64,000 nt of DNA from Moorellales bacterium (GTDB lineage: Bacteria > Bacillota > DSM-521 > Neomoorellales > SLTJ01). The translations under genes and the position numbers were made by a program. Below, in pieces: positions 55,933 through 64,000 of the stretch (position 1 is its first letter; each line of letters begins with the position of its first letter). Under the pieces are notes generated by a model, which had not been told where the DNA came from, searched no databases, and saw only the letters and a list, made by a program, of their open reading frames with translations. The stretch is taken from assembly GCA_049719955.1 (NCBI GenBank), contig JBNARC010000005.1:3976-67975 (forward strand), written 5' to 3'.

Positions 55933-56009
55933 GGCGGTGTAGCTCAGTTGGTTAGAGCGCACGGTTCATACCCGTGGTGTCGCAGGTTCGAGTCCTGCCA
56001 CCGCTACCA
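55933..56009 (+). tRNA. tRNA with CAT anticodon, elongator Met type (tRNA-Ile2/lysidine cannot be excluded by eye)
   Basis: GGCGGTG-TA-GCTC-AGTTGGTTA-GAGC-G-CACGG-TTCATAC-CCGTG-GTGTC-GCAGG-TTCGAGT-CCTGC-CACCGCT-A-CCA. It lacks the initiator features. A tRNA occupies the same position upstream of spoIIE in B. subtilis. Confidence 0.88.
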
Positions 56010-56020
56010 AACGACAAAAG

Positions 56021-56051
56021 GCCCGGCGCAAGCCGGGTTTATTTCTTTCTT
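56021..56051 (+). terminator. Rho-independent terminator after tRNA-Met
   Basis: CCCGGC-GCAA-GCCGGG followed by TTTATTTCTTTCTT. Confidence 0.7.
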
Positions 56052-56116
56052 GTCGGATCCGGTTGAGTGGGTCTCGGGAGCCCTCGACAACCGCCACCGC
56101 TAGCCTGATCTATAAT
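56051..56116 (+). promoter_or_regulatory. spoIIE promoter with Spo0A-box-like elements and a 21-nt spacer
   Basis: TGTCGGA (56051-56057, + strand) and TGTCGAG (complement of 56083-56089) each match the 0A box TGTCGAA at 6/7. A -35-like TCGACA (56084-56089) is separated by 21 nt from TATAAT (56111-56116). Confidence 0.45.
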
Positions 56117-56155
56117 TTTCGTTAGCAAGGGCTCAACCGTGGAGGAGGAGGAGCG

Positions 56156-58537
56156 GTGGCAGAAGGGGTGGAGGTTCATCCTTATCGGCGGTTGGGGGCC
56201 AAACCCCAACCCAAGCGGAGCCGGGCCCGGGTTACGGAGCTGGTGCCGGGCATGGCGGTGGCGTTCTGGTGTGGGGTGGCTTTTCTGTTAGGTCGGGCCA
56301 CAGTTTTTGGGGAGCTACATCCTTTTGCGCCGGCGTTCTACGCCGCCCTCATGGCCGCCCGACCCACTCACTGGGCCTTGGGGTTGATACTGGCGGCCGG
56401 GCTGGCCACCAGTCTACGGGGCCTAGATTGGCTGGGCGCAGTGGCGGGGCTGGCGGCAATCGGCCTGGCTCTGGGCAAGCTGGGCCGCAACCAAAAGGGG
56501 GTTTCGGCCGTATCCACCGCCAGCCTGGCCATTGTCGGCGTATTGGTGCCCAAAGGTCTGCTCTTGACCTTAAGGCCCGCAGTGCTGGACCAGGTGATCG
56601 CCTTGGGTACCGAGGCCTTGCTGGCCGGCCTTCTCAGCCTGGCCTTTGGGGTAGTGTTCTCCAGCCGCCTGCGGCGAGAGGTGGGCGCGCCCATCGGCGA
56701 AGAAGTGGCTTGCTGGCTGCTTTTTCTGCTGGGTCTGTTGGTAGGGCTGGACGGACTGAAGCCTCTAGGAGTACCGGTGGTAAAGGTGGGGGCCGGAATC
56801 TTGGTGCTACTGGCGGCTTTGACCGGCGGTGCAGGAGGTGGCACCGTGGCCGGGGTGGCCGTAGGCGCAGTTCCCTTTCTCACGGCCCTGGAGCCTCCGG
56901 CCTGGATTTCCCTTTATGCGGTCAGCGGCCTGCTGGCCGGGGTATTGGCCTCTTTTCGGCGGGCCGGAACGGTATTGGGTTTCCTTTCCGGAATACTGGT
57001 GATGTCGGTTTACTTCTTCGAGCGGTCGGCTATAGTGGAGACCCTGGAGGCCTCTCTGGCGGCAGCGGCGGTATTCTGCCTGCTGCCGGACTCTCTGGTT
57101 GGACAGGTCAATTGGTTGCCCCTGGCCGGCGAGCGAGCGGAGGACTACTGGCGGCGACGGCTACGTCGGAGTCAGGAGCTCATTCGGGATCAATTGCGCC
57201 AACTGGCAGTGGTGTTTAAGGATTTGGGGGAGAGCTTTCGTCAAACCCTAAAACGAGGCGAGAGAGACGAGGCCGGAGCCGGTGTGCCTTCCTGGGCCAG
57301 CCTGGTTTCCAAGGTTTGCAGTAGTTGCCCGGCTCAGGAACTGTGCCTGCAGAAAGAAGGGGCCACCATTCAACCGGCCTTGTTGGAACTTCTACCGGTG
57401 TTGCGGGACAAGCAGCGAGTAGAATTGGAGGATCTGCCCGTCTTATTGCGAGGAAAATGTATCCGACCTCGAGAGTTGGTGGCCGGGGTCAATCGCACCT
57501 GGGAAACCTATTGCCGCTATCTTTCCTGGCAGAGACACTTGGAGCAGACCCGGGAATTGGTTTCCCAGCAACTTTTTCAGGTAGCCGGACTGATCGGGGA
57601 GTTGGAAAAGCGCGTAGCCCTTCCGGGCGAAACCGACCGACGCCTGGCGCTAACGGTGGGACAAGCCCTACGCCGGGAGGGTCTGCCGGTTGAAGATACG
57701 GAAGTCCTGGTGCAGCGGGACGGCCGCATGGAGATCAGGCTGGCCTTGCCCCGGTGCGAAAGTAGGGGGTTATGTCGGCAGCGGCTACGCGATCTGTTGG
57801 CCCGTACCCTGGAGCAGCGTTTGGCGGTGGATGATAGCCGATGCCCCTGGGTGGTAGGAGGAAAAAGTTGTCAGGTGCGCTTCCTTCCGGCCGGCTCCCT
57901 CAAGATCGGTACCGGTTTGGCCCAGGCGGCCCGGGACGGTTGCGCTTTCTGCGGCGACGCCTGGGCGGCCGTGGCTCTGCCCTCGGGGTACTACTTTCTC
58001 GGTCTGAGCGACGGCATGGGTTCGGGGCCTCGTGCGGCGGTAGAAAGTGGCAGGGCCATGTCTCTGGTAACCCGGCTGCTCAGCCTGGGATTCTCTCCCG
58101 AGATCGCAGTGCATACGGTCAACAGCCTGTTGTTGCAGCCCGGGGAGACGGAGAAATTCGCCACCATGGACCTCGCTTTTGTCAATCTGTACACGGGCGA
58201 GGGCCGTTTGGTGAAGGTGGGAGCAGCGCCCAGCTTTCTGAAACGGGGAGAACAGGTCTGGGTGCTGGAAGGAGGCACTCCCCCCGCGGGAATTCTCCCG
58301 GAACTCAATCTTTCGGTGGTCACCCGGTGGCTGGAGCCGGGAGATTTACTGGTACTGGTGACCGACGGGGTACTAATGCGGGGAGAAGAATGGCTGTATC
58401 AGGCCTTGGCCGAGATTCGCATTACCGAGCCTCAGGCAGTAGCCGACTTGCTCTTGCACCAGGCGGTGGCCCTGGCCGGCAACCGTCTGCGAGACGATAT
58501 GAGCATCCTGGCGGCGCGCGTAGAAAGAGTGGCCTGA
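56156..58537 (+). CDS. spoIIE: Stage II sporulation protein E (membrane PP2C phosphatase)
   Basis: 793 aa. The N-terminal half is polytopic. The C-terminal PP2C domain has FCGDAWA, LSDGMGSGPRAA and LVLVTDGV. Confidence 0.93.
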   Translation: MAEGVEVHPYRRLGAKPQPKRSRARVTELVPGMAVAFWCGVAFLLGRATVFGELHPFAPAFYAALMAARPTHWALGLILAAGLATSLRGLDWLGAVAGLAAIGLALGKLGRNQKGVSAVSTASLAIVGVLVPKGLLLTLRPAVLDQVIALGTEALLAGLLSLAFGVVFSSRLRREVGAPIGEEVACWLLFLLGLLVGLDGLKPLGVPVVKVGAGILVLLAALTGGAGGGTVAGVAVGAVPFLTALEPPAWISLYAVSGLLAGVLASFRRAGTVLGFLSGILVMSVYFFERSAIVETLEASLAAAAVFCLLPDSLVGQVNWLPLAGERAEDYWRRRLRRSQELIRDQLRQLAVVFKDLGESFRQTLKRGERDEAGAGVPSWASLVSKVCSSCPAQELCLQKEGATIQPALLELLPVLRDKQRVELEDLPVLLRGKCIRPRELVAGVNRTWETYCRYLSWQRHLEQTRELVSQQLFQVAGLIGELEKRVALPGETDRRLALTVGQALRREGLPVEDTEVLVQRDGRMEIRLALPRCESRGLCRQRLRDLLARTLEQRLAVDDSRCPWVVGGKSCQVRFLPAGSLKIGTGLAQAARDGCAFCGDAWAAVALPSGYYFLGLSDGMGSGPRAAVESGRAMSLVTRLLSLGFSPEIAVHTVNSLLLQPGETEKFATMDLAFVNLYTGEGRLVKVGAAPSFLKRGEQVWVLEGGTPPAGILPELNLSVVTRWLEPGDLLVLVTDGVLMRGEEWLYQALAEIRITEPQAVADLLLHQAVALAGNRLRDDMSILAARVERVA

Positions 58538-58576
58538 CCGGGAGGAAGAAGCATGCCGGCGTAGAAGATCGCTCCC

Positions 58577-59992
58577 ATGGAAGAAAAGGTCAGAGCCGCG
58601 ATCGTCAAGTACCGGTTGTTTAGGGGTGGAGAAAGACTGGTAGTGGCCGTGTCCGGGGGTCCGGACTCGGTGGCTTTGCTCCACCTTTTTTGTCGCCTCC
58701 GGGAAGCGTGGGGCTGGCGGCTGCACGTAGCCCACCTGGATCACCAACTCCGACCGGAGGCAGAGGCGGAGGCCCGGTTCGTATGGAATCTCGCCCGCGA
58801 CTGGGGGCTAGGCATCAGTCTGGGCCGGGAACAGGTCCGGTCCCGGGCCCGACCTGGCGATTCGCTGGAGGATGTTGCCCGCCGGGTGAGACGGGAGTTC
58901 CTGTTGCGGGTGGCCAGGGTAATGGGAGCGGAGAAGGTAGTATTGGGGCATCACGCCGACGACCAGGCGGAGACGGTGCTGCTGCACCTGTTGCGTGGCA
59001 GTGGCACCGGTGGGTTGGCCGGAATGGCCTGGCAACAAGGGGTCTTTGTCCGGCCGCTTTTGGAGGTAACCCGGGCCGAAATCGAGAGCTATTGCTCCCG
59101 CCACCGGCTTCCGTTTGTGCGTGACCCTTCCAACGCCGATCCTTCCTTCTGGCGAAACCGCATCCGTTGGGAGCTTATCCCTCTGCTCCAAAGCAAGTTT
59201 AATCCCCGGATAGTCGAGGCGGTAGGACAGACGGCCCAAGTGCTGGCGGAAGAGGACCGTTATTTGGAGGAAGAGCTGGACCGGCTCTGGCCGCATCTGT
59301 TGTCGGAGGACCGCCCGGAACGCGTGGTACTGGTGCGGTCGGAGTTGGCCGCGCTTCCCCTGGCCCTGCGGCGCCGGGCGGTACGGCGGGCCTTTTTCCT
59401 TTTAGTGGGCCGGGAGAACAACTTTCTAACCTATCGCCAGGTGGAGGAAGTGCTGGCCACTCTACTGGCTCAGCCGGGCAAGCGAATTTCCCTTCCTCAA
59501 GGAGTAACCGCTTTCGGCGAGGGAGAACGCCTGGTGCTGAGTCGAAAGCCACCTTCGTCTCCCCCGGAAGACCTCCCCTGGCCGCCTTGCCGTCGGTTGC
59601 CGGTACCGGGAAGAGTTCGGATGGGAGGGTGGGAACTAGAGGCGGAGATCCTCAGCAGAGAAGAGGGAGCCGTACAAGGGAGCCGGTGGCAGGTAGACTG
59701 CGACTCGGACCGTCTTTCCGGGCCGTTGTTTCTTCGCTACTGGCAACCGGGCGATTATTTCTGGCCGCGCGGGCTGGGGAGGAGAAAGAAACTCCAGGAC
59801 TTCTTTGTGGACGCCAAGGTGCCCCGGGCCGAACGTCATCGCTTACCCTTGGTAGTCTGTCCGGAGGGCATTGTCTGGATAGTGGGGTTGCGGGCGGACG
59901 AACGCTGGAAGATAACCCCGGATACTCAAAGAGTGCTTCGCCTACGGGCCTGGCGGATCGCCGGTGGTGAGGTGGAAATAGAGGGAAGCTGA
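58577..59992 (+). CDS. tilS: tRNA(Ile)-lysidine synthetase
   Basis: LVVAVSGGPDSVALLH (PP-loop SGGxDS), GHHADDQAETVLL, and a C-terminal substrate-binding domain ending PLVVCPEGIVWIVGLR. Confidence 0.93.
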   Translation: MEEKVRAAIVKYRLFRGGERLVVAVSGGPDSVALLHLFCRLREAWGWRLHVAHLDHQLRPEAEAEARFVWNLARDWGLGISLGREQVRSRARPGDSLEDVARRVRREFLLRVARVMGAEKVVLGHHADDQAETVLLHLLRGSGTGGLAGMAWQQGVFVRPLLEVTRAEIESYCSRHRLPFVRDPSNADPSFWRNRIRWELIPLLQSKFNPRIVEAVGQTAQVLAEEDRYLEEELDRLWPHLLSEDRPERVVLVRSELAALPLALRRRAVRRAFFLLVGRENNFLTYRQVEEVLATLLAQPGKRISLPQGVTAFGEGERLVLSRKPPSSPPEDLPWPPCRRLPVPGRVRMGGWELEAEILSREEGAVQGSRWQVDCDSDRLSGPLFLRYWQPGDYFWPRGLGRRKKLQDFFVDAKVPRAERHRLPLVVCPEGIVWIVGLRADERWKITPDTQRVLRLRAWRIAGGEVEIEGS

Positions 59993-59996
59993 GTTT

Positions 59997-60025
59997 TTGA
60001 AAATCGGCTCGAACTATGCTATAAT
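59997..60025 (+). promoter_or_regulatory. Sigma-A promoter with extended -10 for ftsH
   Basis: TTGAAA (59997-60002), 17-nt spacer, TaTGcTATAAT (60015-60025). Confidence 0.6.
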
Positions 60026-60075
60026 AATTTCCCAATGGGAGCGAGCAGCGCCACCACGGCGAGAGGAGGATATGT

Positions 60076-62004
60076 TTGAACCGGGTCTTCAAGAACGTCG
60101 CCATTTACCTGTTGCTGGTGCTAATGGCGGTGTCGGCCATGCGGATGATGGGCACCCCGGTAGCACCCTCGGTGCAGGAGCTAAGCGTTAGCGACTTTTA
60201 CCGGGCAGTAGACCAGGGTAGGGTGCAGAAGGTCACAATTACCGCCCAGGAGGGCATTTATCACCTGGAAGGAGCCATGGCCGACGGTCAGTCTTTTACG
60301 GTTAACGTACCCCGCGAGGAAGGCTTTATCCGTTATCTGGTGGACAAGGGCGTAAACATAGGCTCCACTAAAGCCGGCGGCGCTCCTTGGTGGACTAACC
60401 TTTTAGGCACGGTGCTCCCGGTGCTGTTGCTGGTGGGCTTATTCTTATTTATGCTCCAGCAGACCCAGGGCGGCGGCAGCCGGGTAATGCAGTTCGGCCG
60501 CAGTCGGGCGCGACTGTTGAGCGAGGACCGACGCCGGGTTACCTTTAGCGATGTGGCCGGGGTGGACGAGGCCAAGGAAGAGCTGCAGGAAGTGGTGGAG
60601 TTTCTGCGTAATCCCCGCAAGTACGCCGAACTGGGCGCCCGCATTCCCAAGGGGGTGCTGCTCTACGGTCCTCCCGGTACGGGAAAGACTCTGCTGGCCA
60701 AGGCAGTGGCCGGGGAGGCGGGAGTGCCGTTTTTCAGCATCAGCGGTTCGGATTTTGTAGAAATGTTTGTAGGGGTAGGCGCGGCCCGAGTGCGGGATCT
60801 GTTTGAACAGGCCAAAAGGAATGCGCCTTGCATTGTGTTTATCGACGAAATCGATGCCGTGGGTCGGCACCGGGGCGCCGGGTTGGGCGGTGGCCACGAC
60901 GAGCGAGAGCAGACCCTGAACCAGCTCTTAGTGGAAATGGACGGGTTTAATCCCAACGATGGGATAATCATAATGGCCGCTACCAACCGGCCGGACATTC
61001 TCGATCCGGCGCTTCTACGACCCGGCCGCTTCGACCGGCAGATAGTGGTAGACGTTCCCGACGTGCACGGCCGGGAGGAGATACTGAAGGTGCACGCCCG
61101 GGGCAAGCCGCTGGATAGCGACGTGGATCTCAACGTGCTGGCCCGACGCACCCCCGGATTCACCGGGGCGGACCTGGCCAACCTGTTCAACGAGGCGGCC
61201 TTGCTGGCAGCGCGACGGGGCAAGAAGCGAATCGGCATGGACGAACTGGAGGACGCCATCGAGCGGGTGGTGGCCGGACCGGAGAAAAAGTCGCGGGTGA
61301 TCAGCGAGTTCGAGAAAAGGCTGGTGGCCTATCACGAGGCCGGGCACGCGCTCTTAGGCCATTACCTGCCGCACACCGATCCTCTGCACAAGGTATCCAT
61401 CATCCCCCGGGGTCGGGCCGGAGGTTATACCCTGTTGCTGCCTAAAGAGGATCGGCGTTATATGACGAAATCCCAGATTTTGGATCAGGTGACCATGCTC
61501 CTGGGCGGCCGGGTGGCCGAGGCCTTGGTGCTGAAGGAAATCAGTACCGGAGCCCAGAACGACCTGGAGAGGGCCACGGAGCTGGTGCGCAAACTCATAA
61601 CCGAGTTCGGCATGTCGGAGGAACTGGGGCCCCTCACCTTCGGTCACCGGCACGATCAGGTATTCTTGGGTCGGGACCTGGCCCGGGACCGCAACTACAG
61701 CGAGGCCGTGGCTTTCTCCATCGACCGGGAGGCCCGCCGCATTATGGACGAGTGCTACAACCGGGCCAAGCAAATCCTGGAGGAGCACATGGATAAGCTC
61801 CACCTGGTGGCCCAAACCCTGATGGAGAAGGAAACCTTGGAGGCGGAAGAGTTTGAGGCTCTAATAGAAACTAATTCTCTCCCGGAAAAGGCCGGGCAGC
61901 CGGCGGCTTTAGCCCCGGCGCCGGTAGCCCTAGAAACGCGAGAAGAGGCCAGGAGTTTTCTCAAACTGAGGTTTAGCTATATGCCGGGTCTAGACTACGC
62001 CTAA
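60076..62004 (+). CDS. ftsH: ATP-dependent zinc metalloprotease FtsH
   Basis: [44 protein letters not shown] and HEAGHAL (zinc site). TTG start after GAGAGGAGGA. Confidence 0.97.
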   Translation: MNRVFKNVAIYLLLVLMAVSAMRMMGTPVAPSVQELSVSDFYRAVDQGRVQKVTITAQEGIYHLEGAMADGQSFTVNVPREEGFIRYLVDKGVNIGSTKAGGAPWWTNLLGTVLPVLLLVGLFLFMLQQTQGGGSRVMQFGRSRARLLSEDRRRVTFSDVAGVDEAKEELQEVVEFLRNPRKYAELGARIPKGVLLYGPPGTGKTLLAKAVAGEAGVPFFSISGSDFVEMFVGVGAARVRDLFEQAKRNAPCIVFIDEIDAVGRHRGAGLGGGHDEREQTLNQLLVEMDGFNPNDGIIIMAATNRPDILDPALLRPGRFDRQIVVDVPDVHGREEILKVHARGKPLDSDVDLNVLARRTPGFTGADLANLFNEAALLAARRGKKRIGMDELEDAIERVVAGPEKKSRVISEFEKRLVAYHEAGHALLGHYLPHTDPLHKVSIIPRGRAGGYTLLLPKEDRRYMTKSQILDQVTMLLGGRVAEALVLKEISTGAQNDLERATELVRKLITEFGMSEELGPLTFGHRHDQVFLGRDLARDRNYSEAVAFSIDREARRIMDECYNRAKQILEEHMDKLHLVAQTLMEKETLEAEEFEALIETNSLPEKAGQPAALAPAPVALETREEARSFLKLRFSYMPGLDYA

Positions 62005-62028
62005 TTCCAGCTTACGGAGGGAACAGCG

Positions 62029-62478
62029 GTGGAACGGACTCTGGTAATGGTCAAGCCCGACGGGGTGCAGCGGGGTCTGGTCGGCGAGATCATTTCCCGG
62101 CTGGAGCGGCGGGGCTACCGCCTGGTGGGCATCAAAATGTTGCAGCTCAGCCGCCAGATGGCGGAGGAGCACTACGCCGAGCACCGTGGCAAACCCTTCT
62201 TCGAGGGACTGGTGAACTACATCGGTTCCGGGCCGGTGGTGGCCATGGTCTGGGAGGGTAAGGGAGTGGTGGCCGGAGTGCGCCAGCTCATGGGGAGTAC
62301 CAATCCCGCCCAGGCGGCGGCGGGCACCATCCGGGGGGACCTGGCCGTAGACGTGGGCCGCAACGTGGTCCACGGTTCGGATTCGGTAGCCAGTGCGGAA
62401 CGGGAGATCGCTTTCTACTTTCGGCCCGAAGAGTTGGTGGAGTATCGTCGCGCCGGTGAGGAGTGGTTGTACGAGTGA
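62029..62478 (+). CDS. ndk: Nucleoside-diphosphate kinase
   Basis: [33 protein letters not shown] and NVVHGSDS (catalytic His). Confidence 0.95.
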   Translation: MERTLVMVKPDGVQRGLVGEIISRLERRGYRLVGIKMLQLSRQMAEEHYAEHRGKPFFEGLVNYIGSGPVVAMVWEGKGVVAGVRQLMGSTNPAQAAAGTIRGDLAVDVGRNVVHGSDSVASAEREIAFYFRPEELVEYRRAGEEWLYE

Positions 62479-62486
62479 GCCCGGCC

Positions 62487-63437
62487 ATGACTACGCGCGA
62501 GGCGTACGGGTTGGCCCTGGCGGAGCTGGGAGCCGAAAACCCGGACATAGTGGTGCTGGATGCCGACCTTTCCAAGTCCACGCGCACGGAGATATTTGCC
62601 GCTCGGTATCCCGAGCGCTTTTTTAATATGGGAATAGCGGAACAAAACCTGATGGGCACGGCCGCCGGTCTGGCTTTGGCAGGCAAGATTCCCTTCGCCA
62701 GTACCTTTGCCGTCTTCGCCACCGGTAGAGCCTTCGAGCAGGTACGCAATTCCATCTGTCACGCCCGGCTGAACGTCAAGATAGTGGCCAGCCACGCCGG
62801 CATTACCGTAGGGGAGGACGGCGCCTCGCATCAGGCTATTGAGGACATCGCCCTCATGCGGGCCCTGCCCCACATGACGGTGATAGTGCCCGCCGACGGA
62901 GTGCAGACCGCCCGGGCAGTGCGGGCGGTAGCCGCTTACGAGGGCCCGGTGTACCTGCGCCTGGGGCGGATGGCCGTTCCCCAGGTGTATCCGGAAGGCT
63001 ACCGCTTTCGGTGGGGCAAGGCGGACGTTCTTCGGGCAGGGGACGACGCCACCATAGTGGCCTGCGGGTTGATGGTGTCCATAGCCCTGGAGGCGGCGGA
63101 GGCGCTTTCCCGCGAGGGGATTGAAGTCACGGTCCTTAACATGGCCATGGTGAAACCCCTAGACCTCGAAACTTTAGTGGAGGCGGCCCGGCGCACCGGA
63201 GCGGTGGTAACCGCTGAGGAGCACAGCATTATCGGCGGGCTGGGAAGCGCGGTAGCCGAGGCTTTGGCCGAGAACTGGCCCGTTCCCACCTACCGGGTAG
63301 GTTTGCGCGACGTGTTCGGCGAGTCCGGTCGGCCGGAAGAACTGCTAGACCGATACGGTCTGAGTGCTCCTCACCTGGTGGAGGCGGTACGCCGGGTGCT
63401 GGCCCGGAAGACAATGGGAGCCGACCGGCGAGGGTAG
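62487..63437 (+). CDS. Transketolase, C-terminal (pyrimidine-binding) subunit of a split enzyme
   Basis: TREAYGLALAELGAENPDIVVLDADLSKST, RFFNMGIAEQNLMGTAAGLA and GEDGASHQAIEDIALMRALP. The start is ATG 62487 or GTG 62475. Confidence 0.9.
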   Translation: MTTREAYGLALAELGAENPDIVVLDADLSKSTRTEIFAARYPERFFNMGIAEQNLMGTAAGLALAGKIPFASTFAVFATGRAFEQVRNSICHARLNVKIVASHAGITVGEDGASHQAIEDIALMRALPHMTVIVPADGVQTARAVRAVAAYEGPVYLRLGRMAVPQVYPEGYRFRWGKADVLRAGDDATIVACGLMVSIALEAAEALSREGIEVTVLNMAMVKPLDLETLVEAARRTGAVVTAEEHSIIGGLGSAVAEALAENWPVPTYRVGLRDVFGESGRPEELLDRYGLSAPHLVEAVRRVLARKTMGADRRG

Positions 63438-63610
63438 CCGGGCCGTTAGGGCCCGGTTGTCCGGGCCGAAACACGGTCCGATTGGCAAGGAGTCCTGGGG
63501 ATGCCGGCCGGGCATTCCTGGGGCTTTTTTCTTTTGTCGGGAGGAGAAAGGATTTCTGGGGTGGGGTGTCGAAAAACAAATGCAGGCGGCAGTACAGGGG
63601 GAAAAGCGGT

Positions 63611-64000
63611 TTGATCAAACTATACAACGTCACTAAGGTTTACCCGGGCGGTATCCAGGCCTTATTGGACGTAAACCTGCATATAGAGAAGGGCGAGTTT
63701 GTCTTTTTGATGGGGCCGAGCGGCGCCGGCAAATCCACCCTGCTCCGACTGATCTTAAGGGAGGAACTTCCCACCCGAGGTCAGGTGCTGGTGGCCGGCC
63801 GCAGTGTGACCCGTCTGAAGCCCCGGGAAATTCCCGGCCTGCGCCGCAGTATCGGGATGGTATTCCAAGATTTTCGACTCCTGGAAGACCGAACGGTGTA
63901 CGAGAACGTAGCCTTCGCTCTGGAAGTGCTGGAGTACTCCCGGGAGGAGATCCGGCGACGGGTGCCGGCACTGTTGGAAATGGTGGGTTTGGCCGATAGG
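63611..64000 (+). CDS. ftsE: Cell-division ABC ATPase FtsE (3' end beyond the window)
   Basis: Not in the ORF track because it runs off the end. My translation from TTG 63611 is LIKLYNVTKVYPGGIQALLDVNLHIEKGEFVFLMGPSGAGKSTLLRLILREELPTRGQVLVAG...VFQDFRLLEDRTVYENVAFALEV. Confidence 0.85.
   Translation, partial: MIKLYNVTKVYPGGIQALLDVNLHIEKGEFVFLMGPSGAGKSTLLRLILREELPTRGQVLVAGRSVTRLKPREIPGLRRSIGMVFQDFRLLEDRTVYENVAFALEVLEYSREEIRRRVPALLEMVGLADR

Noticed and set aside
63438-63540. A rho-independent terminator after the transketolase C-subunit gene.
   Set aside because: CCGGGCC/GGCCCGG/CCGGGCC arms can form alternative hairpins but have no T tract. The T tract at 63525-63536 is preceded only by a weak, interrupted stem. 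The evidence is too ambiguous to call.

Overview
This is a GC-rich (about 60% by eye) chromosomal segment from an endospore-forming Firmicute, probably a thermophilic or anaerobic Clostridia-type organism. About 85% of genes are on the + strand. No database search was possible, so every call rests on motif and synteny recognition, and many start codons are provisional.

Layout:
- 190-6631: ChlI-like ATPase, a split FeoB plus FeoA, an FmdB zinc ribbon, mobB, speE and speB.
- 6714-6874: tRNA-Asp and tRNA-Phe.
- 7065-9084: a two-gene SufC/SufB-like Fe-S module.
- 9152-15453: MFS transporter, divergent arginase-fold ORF, cotJABC, MBL hydrolase, csp, hpf and an unknown ORF.
- 15850-23549: secA, prfB (with its programmed +1 frameshift), ubiB-like kinase, yitT-like gene, transketolase N-half and a ModE-N-like regulator.
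- 23560-26978: a minus-strand MFS / ABC / ABC-2 / MarR efflux block.
- 27327-32132: tupA-tupB-pstS-tupC with a convergent phoU.
- From 32212 the order follows the B. subtilis origin-proximal block: ispE, glmU, prs, pth, mfd, spoVT, yabN/mazG, yabO, yabP, yabQ, divIC, yabR, tRNA, spoIIE, tilS, ftsH. Local insertions are a GntR regulator, an NTP-transferase, a PRC-barrel gene, vapBC plus an IS remnant, a gerA-type operon, hup, spoIID, a small HTH gene, ppx, an L,D-transpeptidase and a DMT transporter. The window ends with ndk, the transketolase C-half and a partial ftsE.

The most unusual signal is a family of about 270-nt hairpin-forming intergenic repeats that I cannot assign to any family. 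There are four same-orientation copies: two full, one internally deleted and one 5' fragment. They have perfect 17-21 bp terminal inverted repeats and compensatory base changes between copies. In three of the four loci the element sits between a stop codon and the next promoter.

Other points worth a second look:
- A duplicated promoter plus palindromic operator in front of tupA and tupB.
- A canonical pstS sitting inside the tungstate operon.
- An Arg/Gly/Trp-rich extension on FeoA.
- A Spo0A-type spoIIE promoter with a 21-nt spacer.
- An 18-bp perfect palindrome at the yabR promoter.

No CRISPR array, rRNA gene or intact mobile element was seen.
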